A stretch of DNA of 63,023 nt, counting the filler, from Octopus bimaculoides (taxonomy: Eukaryota): NCBI RefSeq assembly GCF_001194135.2. It is 7 parts of 7 records of this genome, joined end to end, with 100 filler letters (N's around TTAATTAATTAA, not from the genome) between each part and the next. Parts side by side here need not be neighbours in the genome. Positions count along the whole stretch, not along the records: positions 13,793 to 30,384 come from NC_068996.1; positions 30,485 to 51,639 come from NC_068990.1; 5 more parts are not named here. One strand, written 5' to 3'. Under the pieces are notes generated by a model, which was not told where the DNA came from, ran no database searches, and saw only the letters and a program-made list of their open reading frames with translations. The translations under genes were made by a program, and so were the position numbers. Shown here piece by piece: positions 25,476 through 39,153 of this stretch; within the stretch, counting starts at the first letter, position 1, and each line of letters starts with the position of its first letter.

Positions 25476-27509
25476 TTACTATTAATTATTTTGTCTTTTC
25501 CATTACTTTTCTCTCCTACTTTTCCCTCGTCTCTGAAATTTCTCGGAGACCTTCGCTATTAACTGCGGTTCTCCTTAATTTATTTTCCCTGAATTAGTGT
25601 TAATTGCATCTTCCTGAATCAAAGCTAATATTCCCGTAGTTCTGCAATAATTAATCAGAGTACTTTAATCAAGATAAATTAAGTAAATGAATAATAGTGT
25701 TGGAAGTTTTTAATGATGTTATTCCTTTAATGTATTAAACAACATAACATGCCAAATGTTTTTCTTTTTTCCTTTTTTTTTTTTTAGAACAACTGTCTTC
25801 AAATATGTTTTGATGGGTCAAATGTTCTTGGCGGCTGCTTTCTGCTCGTATACAAAACTCTTTTGCTAGTACCTTTTTGAGCGCGGTCGCAAATTCTAGT
25901 GACAGCTTTAGAATAAAAAGTATCTTTTAATTATTCTTTAATTTAAACCTTATTCTCATACCCACCTTCGAGATTGACAAATTGTATAGTCCAACCTACT
26001 TTACATTTCATAAATGTTGATAATTCTGATTAGAAATTTCACTTGATGATCTAATTGATTAAACGATATATCGCTGTTCACCTGAATATTGAGTAAGCCT
26101 GATGAGTTGAGAGTAGTAACATTTTACATAATCTTATGGATGTTGTGCATACTGCTTACTTGTCTATACCGTGTTTATGTCATAATAAAGATTGTTGATG
26201 AAACAATTGTAACAGCGCCAGATAAACCCGTTCGTTTGTTTTTATTATGAGTGTGTCTGTGTGTATGGAACTGTGTGCGTGCCCTTTTATTTGCGTAAAC
26301 CAGAGTATTGAGTTACATCATGTAATGTCGAAACAAATTGACTAATCGGTATGCTGAAATCGATAAAATAATGTCTGAATGAAATATATACAAGAATCTG
26401 TAAGAGTAATGTTGAACCTTCAAGCTGAATCTACAATATCACAGGCCAATGATTGAAATCAGCGACAGGATAAATAAAAAATGAAAAACGTACGAAAAAC
26501 AAAAACAAAAAATAGCAAGAGAATTGATTCTCGTATAAATACGCATCAATAACACCCAGATGACAATCATATAGACAGAAGATCATTGATTATTTGATTG
26601 GTCTTATGCTGGGTCTATTAATTTTATCAGTGACGTTTTACATCGAAACTTTTAAAAGGAAGCCCTATTAAAATATGTCAGCCAAATCTATAAACTTTCT
26701 TCAACGTCAGTATTCAATATTTCTTTCTTTTCATTTCTTTTTCTTTTTTTCTATTTCTCCTCTTTTTCCTTTTCTTTTTTCCCTTTTCTACCCTCCTTCT
26801 CCTTGTCCTTTTACTCTTTTCTCTTCTTTTTCTTCTTATTCATCTCATCTTTTCCTTTTCTTCTTTTACATGTTACCGCTGCTGATGATGTTTCTTCTTC
26901 TTCTTCTTCTTCTTCTTCTTCTTCTTCTTCTTCTTCTTCTTCTTCTTCTTCTTCTTCTTCTCCTCCTTTTCCTTCTTCTTCTTCTTCNNNNNNNNNNNNN
27001 NNNNNNNNNNNNNNNNNNNNNNNNNNNNNNNNNNNNNNNNNNNNNNNNNNNNNNNNNNNNNNNNNNNNNNNNNNNNNNNNNNNNNNNNNNNNNNNNNNNN
27101 NNNNNNNNNNNNNNNNNNNNNNNNNNNNNNNNNNNNNNNNNNNNNNNNNNNNNNNNNNNNNNNNNNNNNNNNNNNNNNNNNNNNNNNNNNNNNNNNNNNN
27201 NNNNNNNNNNNNNNNNNNNNNNNNNNNNNNNNNNNNNNNNNNNNNNNNNNNNNNNNNNNNNNNNNNNNNNNNNNNNNNNNNNNNNNNNNNNNNNNNNNNN
27301 NNNNNNNNNNNNNNNNNNNNNNNNNNNNNNNNNNNNNNNNNNNNNNNNNNNNNNNNNNNNNNNNNNNNNNNNNNNNNNNNNNNNNNNNNNNNNNNNNNNN
27401 NNNNNNNNNNNNNNNNNNNNNNNNNNNNNNNNNNNNNNNNNNNNNNNNNNNNNNNNNNNNNNNNNNNNNACTACTACTACCACCACCACCACCACCACCA
27501 CCACCACCA

Positions 27510-27578
<69 letters not shown>

Positions 27579-27756
27579 GCACCACCACCACTACTACTAC
27601 TATCACTACTACCTCCCTTATCATTCTTCTTACCATCCCCATTACGATCATATTCTAATTCTTTTCTATTTTTTTCACTTTCTCAGGTTATAAGTGCTGC
27701 ACCAGTGCAGACGGCAGGTAAGCGACTACACGTCTTGTAGATAATGTACTAGAGTT

Positions 27757-27796
<40 letters not shown>

Positions 27797-28399
27797 CACA
27801 CTCACGCAAACACACACATATTGCATTGCTTTATTTTATTGTATGTTGTTTGACTTTTATTGTTCAATTCATGACGTGACTTAAATCAGCAACAGAGGAA
27901 GGGTCACTAAGTATAAAGACAACTAAGTACAACACCAGAGTTATGAATGTCACAGTTTACCAATTAACGTCTACTCAGAGACCTTCGTGTCTCGTATGTA
28001 AGGAAGAAGTATTATTCAATGACACATGTACTTATCGTAAAAAACGAGGCCCCACTTATTTAAATAAATTATAAAAAATAAAAAAACAAATATATTAAAC
28101 GAAAAATGTATTGTCTGACTAACTGACATTTTGCTGTTTCCCATTTTGCAGTAAGTACGATGACTGGTATACTCATTGTTAATGCGTTCCAGCGTATCCG
28201 AACGTGGATATGCTAATCGCTGTTGTGCTTGTCGGAGGATAACTGATTTTCCTTTACGACAAACATGAGTTCATAACACACTCAATTCATTAGTATAGTG
28301 GATTCTGGGGCAACTGATATAACGGCATCGCTATGTCCTGTCAGCCAGTAGCTTCAGCCGGGCTAAAGAATCTAACAAGAGCCGATGACGATATATTGG

Positions 28400-28633
28400 T
28401 TTCAAATTTTTGGCACAGGGCCAGTAATTTCGAATGTGAAGGTAAGTCGATTACATCGACTCCCCCCCCCCCTCATTCCCCACCCGTGTTCAATTGGTAC
28501 TTATTTTATCGACTCCGAAAGAATGAAAGGCAAAGTGGACCACGGCGGAATTTGAACTCAGAGCGTAACGATGAACGAAATGCCGCCAAACATTTTACCC
28601 GATTCACTTACGATTCAGTCAGCCCGCAGTCTT
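28400..28633 (-). mobile_element. SINE family B
   Basis: Family B core. Confidence 0.8.
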
Positions 28634-28980
28634 AGAGCCGATGACGATATATTACTAGTTGGCAGACATCAACACAGATCAGCAATTTCTGTTCACTGAT
28701 GTTATAAACAAGACCATCAGATTTCGTTAGATTATTTGTCTGGTGGGTGCTTCTTACTGACAAGACAGAATGATGTTGAAACACAGGCTATCCCAGAATC
28801 TTTTGTACTAAAGAATCGAGAGACTTATGAACACGTATTAGTTGTAACGGAGAAGTTGTTTTGTGACGAAACACAACAGTAATTAGCATATTCACATTTG
28901 CATCTACCTAAATGAATTAAGAATAAATTGGCAGGCCATCGTTTTAATTATCGCTGGTCACCGAAGATATACTCTTTTTA

Positions 28981-29342
28981 CTCTTTTTTTACTTCTTTAT
29001 TTGTTTCAGTCATCGACCCCAAAGCTTATTCTTTGTAAGCTTAGTACTCATTCTAGCGGTTTCTTTTGCCGAACCGCTAAGTTAAGGGGACGTAAACACA
29101 CCAGCATCGGTTGTCAAGCGATGTTGGGGGGATAAACACAGACACACAAACATATACACACACACGTATACATATATACGACGGGCTTCTTTTCAGTTTC
29201 CGTCTACCAAATCCACTCACAAGGCTTTGGTCGGCTCGAGGCTATAGTAGAAGACACTTTCACAAGGTGCCACGCAGTGGGAATGAACCCGGAACCATGT
29301 GGTTGGTAAGCAAGCTACTTACAACACAGCCACTCCTGCGTC
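28981..29342 (-). mobile_element. SINE family A
   Basis: Homologous to 5352-5748. Confidence 0.9.
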
Positions 29343-29703
29343 TATGTGATGATCCAATTGAGTAGTTTCGACTTAAATAAAATAAAATATATATCGAAAG
29401 GGAAAACATGCGTTTCGACTTCATCACACATTGTAATAATTATCATCATACTTCCACACCATGTTAAAATCTGATTATATATATTCATTTTTAAAATTAC
29501 ACTTTGCTGTGTTTGTTCCAAAATCTCTATGTTCTGATTTCAAATCTCGCCGAGGTTAACTTTTCCTTTCAACCGCTCTGGATTGATGAATTAAAATACC
29601 AAGCGAAAAAAAGCAAAAAATGGGATCGACGAAATCGACCAATCCTCTCCCCATTAAATTGTTGAATTTGAGCCTTAATCAGAAATTGTTATTATCATCG
29701 TCA

Positions 29704-29782
<79 letters not shown>

Positions 29783-29812
29783 CATCATTATTATTATTAG
29801 TACTACTAATAC

Positions 29813-29855
<43 letters not shown>

Positions 29856-30054
29856 GATTTGATTCAGGTTCGGTCTTATTCCTGGCAGGATTTATGTGTA
29901 TAGCAGGTTACTTCCTGTAACCTTAGGTATTCATAATCTTTCAATAGTATTTTCAAGTGCATAGAACCCTCCTGATAATCCTTGCTGCCCCTAACAGACA
30001 AACGTTCTGTAGGAGCTCTACAGAACATTTTGTTCCAATCTCCTTCAACCATTT
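29856..30054 (-). mobile_element. R4/Dong-clade non-LTR element, 5'-truncated 3' end (A)
   Basis: KWLKEIGTKCSVELLQNVCLLGAARIIRRVLCT* then a short UTR running into (TAA)n. Confidence 0.8.
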
Positions 30055-30075
30055 AATAATAATAATAATAATAAC

Positions 30076-30126
<51 letters not shown>

Positions 30127-30148
30127 TATTATTATTATTATTATTATT

Positions 30149-30384
30149 CAGTAGTTTTATTTTTATAACGTGCTTTCACTTCACTACCGAGCGCAGCTCT
30201 GTGCGCCTTGGGTATGTGCTGTGGTTTGCTGTGGTGCTCTTATGTTTACTGTATTGAAAGTGTTTTGCGTAGAATGTGTGCAGTACCCAGTAGTGCAATT
30301 TTCTGTATGTTATATATATTTGTAAGTCCTGGTGTTTTTGTTATGTATTTGTCTGAATATTTTTTTATTATACCTAAGGCACCT
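30149..30384 (-). mobile_element. R4/Dong-clade non-LTR element, 3' end (B)
   Basis: GALGIIKKYSDKYITKTPGLTNIYNIQKIALLGTAHILRKTLSIQ* then UTR and (TAA)n tail; cut by a scaffold join. Confidence 0.85.
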
Positions 30385-30489
30385 NNNNNNNNNNNNNNNN
30401 NNNNNNNNNNNNNNNNNNNNNNNNNNNNTTAATTAATTAANNNNNNNNNNNNNNNNNNNNNNNNNNNNNNNNNNNNNNNNNNNNTATCC

Positions 30490-30810
30490 GACACTAAATT
30501 GGCACTGCGTGTGTTTCAGTTGATCCGATCATCAGAACAATCTGCTCGTGGAATTAACGTGCACGTGGCTGAGTACAGCACAGAAACTTATATACTCAAC
30601 GTGGTTCTGGAGGCGATTCAACGTGACCCGGAATGTGACAAGGTTGGCTCTTTGAATTACAGGTACTACTCATTTTTGTTAGCTGAGAGGACTGGAGCAA
30701 TGTGAAATAAAGTGTCTTGCTCAAGGACACAACGCACCGCCGGATATCGAACTCATGACCTTACTATCGTGAGCTTAATATCCTAACCACCGAACCACGT
30801 ATCCTTCACT
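30490..30810 (-). mobile_element. SINE family C
   Basis: GTGTCTTGCTCAAGGACACAACGCACC...CCTAACCAC. Confidence 0.75.
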
Positions 30811-31104
30811 ATACAACACTAACCATTTTGTAAATTCACAAACGTGCTACCTCGTATTTTCATCATTTAATGTTGACTAAATGTTTTATAATTTGTAATA
30901 AGAAATAAACATTTATCATTTCAGATCTTTAATGTTACTTTTAAAATGTTTCTAACATTGTCACATATTTTTTATTGGATTTCACGTCAACATTTACCAT
31001 TTTCTTCTTAAATTGTTATTTATTGTTTGATTTAATACGTTTATTGTTTGCTTTTTATATACATTTATTCTATTAGCATTTATTTGTTTATAATAAGGAT
31101 TGTT

Positions 31105-32377
31105 AATGTGTCGAGCGAAATGCTTAACGGTATTCCATCCGTCCTCACCTTCTAAGTTCAAATTCCGCCGAGGTCAATTTATATTTTGTATTTTCAGGGT
31201 CGATAAAATGAGTACCAGTCGAGCACTGGGTTCGATGTAATTGACTTACCGCTCCCACGTACTTGCTGGCTTTGTGCCAAAATTTGAAATCACTATTTGT
31301 ATTTACTATATTTGTCTAACCCTCTTTATCCGTGGTGTCGCTAGTTGATTTTTCGATATTGTTCCACAATTAACTTATTCTCCGTTAAGTAGTTCACTTC
31401 CAGCAACGGTTAATACGATGGATATATTTCAACATATTCTACTGAGCTGGCAAGACTAAGAATCATAAACATGCACATGCACACATTCTTTTATACTTTA
31501 GGCGCAAGGCCCGAAACTTTTGGGATGGGGGCCAGTCAATTAGATCGACCCCAGTACGCAACTGGCACTTAATTTATCGACCCTGAGAGGATGAAAGCCA
31601 AAGTCTACCTCGGCGTAATTTGAACTCAGAACGAAACACAGACGAAATACTGCTAAGCATTTCACCCGGCATGCTAACGTTTCTGCCAGCTCGCCGCNNN
31701 NNNNNNNNNNNNNNNNNNNNNNNNNNNNNNNNNNNNNNNNNNNNNNNNNNNNNNNNNNNNNNNNNNNNNNNNNNNNNNNNNNNNNNNNNNNNNNNNNNNN
31801 NNNNNNNNNNNNNNNNNNNNNNNNNNNNNNNNNNNNNNNNNNNNNNNNNNNNNNNNNNNNNNNNNNNNNNNNNNNNNNNNNNNNNNNNNNNNNNNNNNNN
31901 NNNNNNNNNNNNNNNNNNNNNNNNNNNNNNNNNNNNNNNNNNNNNNNNNNNNNNNNNNNNNNNNNNNNNNNNNNNNNNNNNNNNNNNNNNNNNNNNNNNN
32001 NNNNNNNNNNNNNNNNNNNNNNNNNNNNNNNNNNNNNNNNNNNNNNNNNNNNNNNNNNNNNNNNNNNNNNNNNNNNNNNNNNNNNNNNNNNNATGCTGTC
32101 TGGTGTTCGCTGTCGAAACTGTCGACTATTTCCTTAAAAAATAAATTAATATAATTAATAAGAAAAACTAATTGATATGAATCCACAAGGGTCGGTGAGC
32201 AGGGAGAATTGTTAGCACACCCATTTTTACGTTCCGAGGTATAATTTGCCTTTCATCCTTTCGGAGTCGATAAAATAAGTACCCAAACTTGCTGGCCTTG
32301 TGCAAAAAGTTGAAGCCAATATGAACCAACCTAAAACTGTTAAATTGATTTTACATATGACTTGATGTACAAATAGA

Positions 32378-32434
<57 letters not shown>

Positions 32435-33015
32435 GCATACATATATATACACACATGTAAAGAGTGAGAGAGAGAGAGAGAGAATGTAGAAGAGAGAATG
32501 TAGAAGCAATGATTATGACTATCAATAATACACCTCAGTGGAACCATCTGTATGCTACAAAAATATTTGTAACCGCATTTCATGTATATAAGAGACTAAA
32601 CCGAAACGGTTCACTCAACTGCGATTACTTTAGCCATTGTCATACTACATCTCTGTAGGGATGCTTAAAATCAACTTATGGTAATAACTTTACGATGAAC
32701 TGATCGAGAAAGCTTTGCACAATATAGACAATGAAGAGGAGAGAAGATCTGGTCTCTACAATCTATGTAATTACATTCCCTTTATTTCTAGACATATTGG
32801 TTTCAAATTGTGGCACAAGGCCAGCAAGTTCAAGTGGGGGGAGGGGGGTTAGTCAATTACATCGACCCCAGTGCTCAGCTGGTAATCAATTTATCCACAG
32901 AGACAGGAAGAAAGGCAAAGTTGACCTTGGCGAAATTTGAACTCAGAACGTAAAGACGGACGAAATGGCGCTAAGCATTTTGTCCGGTGTGCTAACGCTT
33001 CTGCCAACTCACCCC
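31105..33015. mobile_element. Cluster of SINE family B copies (31105-31295 +, 31490-31697 -, 32225-32320 +, 32790-33015 -)
   Basis: Family B core in alternating orientation. Confidence 0.8.
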
Positions 33016-34499
33016 CTTGTATTCTTGTATATATTAACCACAATCTTGCCAGGTGAGTAGAATATATTTCGCAGAGAAGGTTTAATAAGAACGAAACATG
33101 CAAGTTGTTATCATCTGTTGCCTGTTATGACCTACATTGTCCAATAATTACAACCGGCTGATCTTATTTATTACTGCGTCTTCGCCTCAGATTTATAGCA
33201 GTTTAATTATAATTTTTTGCCTGCTGATTGCTTAATTAATCTCTGCCGATGTAGTATTTAACTTATTATATGACATAAGTGAGACTCCTGTAACAAAAAA
33301 GTTAAGCTGACGTTGAAAGCTTTCCTCTCAGGTTATTCTTAGTTTCTTATATTTTGGTATTTTTTTTTATTGTTTAGTCCAGGTCAGTCCTGATGAAGCT
33401 GCCAGTTCCATAGTTGTCCAATCCGTATCTTTGAGACATAGTGTTCCTAATAGTACATTACTAGCGTGTCCTTTTTAAAAAATTATAAAAGAAATTCCAG
33501 TGTTATGTGTAGGAAGTCGAGGAACAACGTCGTCAATATTTCAATAGATTAAGATATGAAATTGTAATACTTCTCCTAAGCACACACTTTCTAGATAAAT
33601 TGTTGATTCGTCAATACCGTAATTCGTACAACTCTCACGTAAATAATTCAACCTGGTACATTACTGTTATTTATTCAAAAAACTGATTGATTCTGTTTAG
33701 ACTGATTCCTTGCTACATTATTGATAATGGGCTCATACTCCATACGGATTTGAGAGAAGGAAACAAGATCTATAATCAACCGTGTAGATATTTGTATCTT
33801 GTCGGTGTTTTTATTATCGATCTTGAAGAAGCAAAATCGATCCTGATGTTTTCTTTGAAATTAAAATTACAAAACGAGGAAACTAAAAACTACTGTACCA
33901 TTGCATTTTTTTCTTTTTTTACACGACTTCTGTGTCATTTGATCTTCTGATCCTACCCTTACCCCAACATAAGCATTCCTCTATCACCCATTTTTGTAAC
34001 GTCATACCCCGCTCACCCCGAGTTTCATACTAACCATTTCAAGTAACCCGAAATTTACTCCACTCTACTTCACTCCTTACCCCGCAGAACATTAAACCCC
34101 GAAGTTTCATTCCTTGCTTATATTTTTCATGAATCCATCAGTATTCAGTTGTTGAAGGGGGACATTTGCTATGTCGATATCACTAGTCACGGAAGGTTTT
34201 CTAAGGTCCAAATGCATCCCATTCCTTCAGATCAAACTATAACGAAATTTCATTTAATCCGGTGAGATAATGTTCCGTTACAATATGAGTAATGGATTCA
34301 TTTTCAACTTGAGACAATGAAAAATAATTCAAAATTGGGATGAGATCAACTGAAACAACACCAGTGCATTTACAAGTACGTTATTTTATCAGTCCTAGAG
34401 TAATTAAAACTATGGTTGAACATCGATCTGGCACCAGATCGTAATTTGATACCATATATAGAGATATCAATGTTTTACTAGATTCCTGTTACATACCTC

Positions 34500-34885
34500 C
34501 TCCTAATCCTCCTCATCATCATCATCCTGCTCCTCCTCATCAGCATCCTACTCCTCCCCCTCCTCATCTTCACCCTTCTCCTCTTCTCCTTCCCTCTCAT
34601 CCTCATTCCTAACCCTTCTCCTCTTCTTCTTCTTCCCCCTCATCCTCATCCTCACGCTTCTCCTCCACTTCTTCTCCCCCTCTTCCTCTTCTTCTCCCCT
34701 TCCTCCTCCTATTCCTCTTCTTCTCCCCTTCTTCCTCCTTCTCTTCCCCCTCCACTTCTTCTCCCCTTCCTCCTCCTCTTCCTCTTCTCCCCTTCTTCCT
34801 CCTCCTCTTCCTCCTCCACTTCTTCTCCCTTCCTCTCCTTCCTCCTCTCCTCCCTTCCTTCTCTCCCCTTTTCACCCTCCTCCTC
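34500..34885. repeat. CT-rich low-complexity tract
   Basis: Degenerate (CCT/CTT)n. Confidence 0.9.
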
Positions 34886-34907
34886 GTACTACTACTACTA
34901 CTACTAT

Positions 34908-34953
<46 letters not shown>

Positions 34954-35194
34954 GATGCTGCTGCTGCTGCCTCTACCATCTTACATTGTTACAAAGAGCC
35001 AATATTTCAGAGTAAAGTTATCTGAATCATTCAAATTACTTTATCATTCGATGAAGACTGATAGGGAGACGTGAGGTGGGGGTGGGGGGTTTCAGTTGAG
35101 ACTGAATTGAAGGAAAATAGAAAATACGGTAATTGCATTCAATTCAACGACCCCCTACAATTTTCTTCAAACAACTCGATTAACAATCTTTTCT

Positions 35195-35640
35195 ACCGGA
35201 GGCACAAGGCCAGCAATTTTGAAGAAGGAAGTAAGTCGATTACATCGACCTCATTATTTCAATTGGTAATTATTTTACCAACCCCGAAAGGATGAAAGGC
35301 AAAGACGACCTCGGCAGAATGTGAACTCAAATTGTGAGGACAGAAGAAAAGCCGCTGAGCCTTTTGTTCAGCGAGAAACGATTCTGCTAGGGCGTCGCTT
35401 TAACATCTCCATTAATAACATTGGCTTCAAATTTTAGCGCAAGGCCAGTAATTTTTAGGGTGGAGATAAGTTCGATCACATCGACCCTCGTGCTCAACTA
35501 GTACTTATTTCATGGAACCCGAAAGGGATGAAAGGCAAGATCGACCTCGGCGGACTTTGAACTCAGAACGTAGAGACGGTCAAAACGCCGCTAAGCATTT
35601 TTCTCGGCGCGCTAACAATTCTGCCTGCTCGCCGCCTTAA
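35195..35640 (-). mobile_element. Two tandem SINE family B copies
   Basis: Family B core twice. Confidence 0.8.
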
Positions 35641-36491
35641 CAATTCCATGAATGATATTGATGTCAAACATCGACAGAATGCTACACAGTTTACGGAAAC
35701 ATACGATCGAGTAAATCAAAACCCGTACTTGACTAGGACCTTATTTTATCAATCCAGAATGAGGACATATAAAGTTTAAGCTCGGTGAGATCTGAACCCA
35801 GAACTGAACTGAAGCTGTTCGATTGTGAATTGCGTTTAATTCAATACTATGTATTTCCCCCGCCACAAACAATAATATTCACAACAATATTAACACTCCA
35901 TAAAACACTACGTAAAAAGACTGTTGATTAATACTTTTTCATCAATAACTTTTGACGGAAGCCAATGAAAGTTATTTGCATGCCTAACTTCACACATCTT
36001 AATATAACATTGATGTTTACAGTCAGTGCTCTTGTTTTTTTATCGTTAAGCGAACCATGATAATTTAACTAACAAATATTCAAACCGACTCTTGCATATA
36101 AATGGCCGATGGATTATATTTAGTCGACAGATGGTAATTACGGCACAAGCAGTGTCGTTGAGATAGTTCAGAAACAAAGTATACTTTTATTAGTCACACA
36201 ACAAAAAATATGTTAGTGAGTCAGAATCAAGCATGAATTTGTGTTTCGTGTAGTTTAGACCTTATCTGTTCCCGGTTTAACACCAAAATTTTAACCCCAG
36301 GAGAGTTTATCGGAGCCTACTCTTTCTCAAGTATTCGGACCATGTTTAAAGAGTTCTTCCTGCCTTCGTTCTTTCAGTCTCAGAAGAGTCGAATGAGGTG
36401 ATGAATACTGCCATTTCCTCACAGATTCTGACATTAGAAAAAGAAAGTTTAAAACAAAGCAATAACTGGAATAACGAATGCATGTCATTTG

Positions 36492-36566
<75 letters not shown>

Positions 36567-37258
36567 CACAAACGTGCATGAACACATACACACACGCACC
36601 TTTTATCGATGTCGATGAATAACCACAAGGAAGTTGAATGCCTTGCAGAATGTTATGCATTTGTTTGGCTGTGAAATAGCTGAGCTAGCGTGGCGATATC
36701 TATGAATCACTAGAGAGTAGTTATGTGGTCGACCTACATGATAGAAACAGCAGGAAAAATTTCCACCAAATAACCTTACCGACAAAACCAAAAAGAATAT
36801 GCGGAATAAGGAAGTTCTAAAGAGACATAATGCAATACGAAATAATCTTAGATAGCACAATTTTGTCAGTGAACAGGTCGCGGTCTCAAAGCGACGAAAA
36901 TATTTTGACAAATTAATTTTAAATATTGAAGTGAATCTAACGGTTTTTGTGTGTTATTTTAAATGGCTTATAAACACCTTCCACGCTGCAATAAGACAGA
37001 ATGTTTTTGATAAATTTACTTCATGACGGCTGATCTGCAGTTAAACAACAGCTGCGGAACACTGAATCAAAATGAAGCAATGCTATCTACTGACGTTATC
37101 ATGTATTGAATGTAAGCTATTGCACTAATTGGTCACTGATAATTGTGTTCATCACATTTCTGATCAGTTCAACTATGTAAGGGAAGCATGCTAATGATAT
37201 TAGTGCAATAGGCTTGAAGACAGTGGAAACATGGGAACAGCTTGACCAATGTTTGCAG

Positions 37259-37297
<39 letters not shown>

Positions 37298-37299
37298 CG

Positions 37300-37580
37300 T
37301 GAAAGCGTGTAGCCTAGTGCTGCACTCAGGATCGCTAGATCGTGGGTTCGATTCCCAGACCAGGCGACACATTGTGTTGCTGATCGAACACTTCATTTTA
37401 CGTTTGTCCAGTCAACTCAAATGTAAATGGGTAACCCTGAGACGGAATACCATTCTGATGAGGAGGAATATTGGTTGCTCACTTAACTAGCGGGGCGGCA
37501 TCGTTCGGCAGATCAAACGATGCAAAGTGCATTGTGACCAACAATGTATAACAACAACCGATTGAATAGGTCGATCATGT
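37300..37580 (+). mobile_element. SINE related to family C
   Basis: GTGTAGCCTAGTG...GGGTTCGATTCCCAGACC tRNA-like head. Confidence 0.65.
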
Positions 37581-37871
37581 GATATTACCATATATNNNNN
37601 NNNNNNNNNNNNNNNNNNNNNNNNNNNNNNNNNNNNNNNATATAAGTAGGATGTATTGAAATTATCTTGATCAGAACTTTGTAATTTGAGGATCCAGCAG
37701 GTCGAATTCGTCGACGTGATTGCGATTGAAATAATTTTACCTTTAATTTCATTGCTAATATCTCTAAATAAATCTTGAATATCTCAAAATTTCACGTCCC
37801 CTACCTTACAAAAGTATAGAATGTATTCACACATATAGACATTAACATTATTACGAAAATACTTAACACCG

Positions 37872-38305
37872 CCAGCTGGCCGACGGCGGGCAAACTTCTC
37901 AGCGGCATTTCATCTTTCTTTGTGTTCTGAATTCAAATGCCCTCGAGGTCGATTTTGCCTTTCATCCTTCAGGGATAAGATAAGTACCAGTCGAATACTA
38001 ACAGACGATGAAATCGATTTATCCCATCCCCAAAATTGTTGGATTCGTGCCAAATTTGAAACCGCTATAATGGGTGTGTAAGGCGGTGACCTCACAGAAT
38101 CGTTGTCACACAGAACAAGACACTTAGCAGCGTTTCGTCTGTCTTTAGGTTTTAAGTTAAAAAATTCCGCCGAGGTTGCATTTGCGTTTCATCTCTTCGT
38201 GATACACTTCGCCACAAAATTTCAGGCCTAGTGCCTATATAGCAGAAATGATTAGTAAAGGTTATACGTAAGGCGGCGAGCTGCCCGAATCGTTAGCACG
38301 TCGGA
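37872..38305 (+). mobile_element. Diverged tandem SINE family B copies
   Basis: Family B core and heads. Confidence 0.7.
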
Positions 38306-38889
38306 AAGCTTAGGAGTTATTGAAGATATAATATTAATTAATTCAAATATCTTGGCTTCCTACATCGAGTATCCTATCACATAAGCATACACTTAAACAT
38401 GAAGTTTGCGTGAATAAATCACTGGATTGATACCAGTCATTCTTTTACAACATACACTTTGTTATTGAAATAACATACTTTAGTTTATAATATCTTAACT
38501 GGAACACATAAGAAGAAAATAATTAATAATAATAAAAAAAAAGAAGCGAGGCATCGATACACTTTTTCCACAAATTTCCTGTATACCATGAAATCTGAAG
38601 GTGAAAAGTAACTTCTTTCGACCTCTGATCTTAAACTGTAAACAGTCTTTCAACCGTGTATATTTTTTTTATACTTTCACCAAGTTATATTACAAATCTC
38701 AAAAACATCATTGTTTAAGTAAAAAAAAACAAAGTTCTGTTGTTTAAAAAAAAAAGATTACAATTTTGTTTGTGGTTGGTTATATTCTTATTTTGATTGT
38801 CTCTATTAAGCATTTCATTGTATACTGTTAATGTGTCGGTGTGTGTGTGTGTGTGTTTTGTGTGTTTACACACGTTTCACAATATACAT

Positions 38890-38976
<87 letters not shown>

Positions 38977-39112
38977 GTAAAATACATACATAAATGTGTG
39001 TTTGTCAATGCGTGCAATTGTGTGTCTCTTTGTGTCTGTGTGTATACATACTGTATATACACACATGTATGCATATGCATATGTATATTTCTGTATACAT
39101 ATTTTAATATAA

Positions 39113-39153
<41 letters not shown>

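Noticed and set aside
33030-33062. CAG|GTGAGT resembling a recursive splice site
   Set aside because: Weak polypyrimidine tract and no established host intron.
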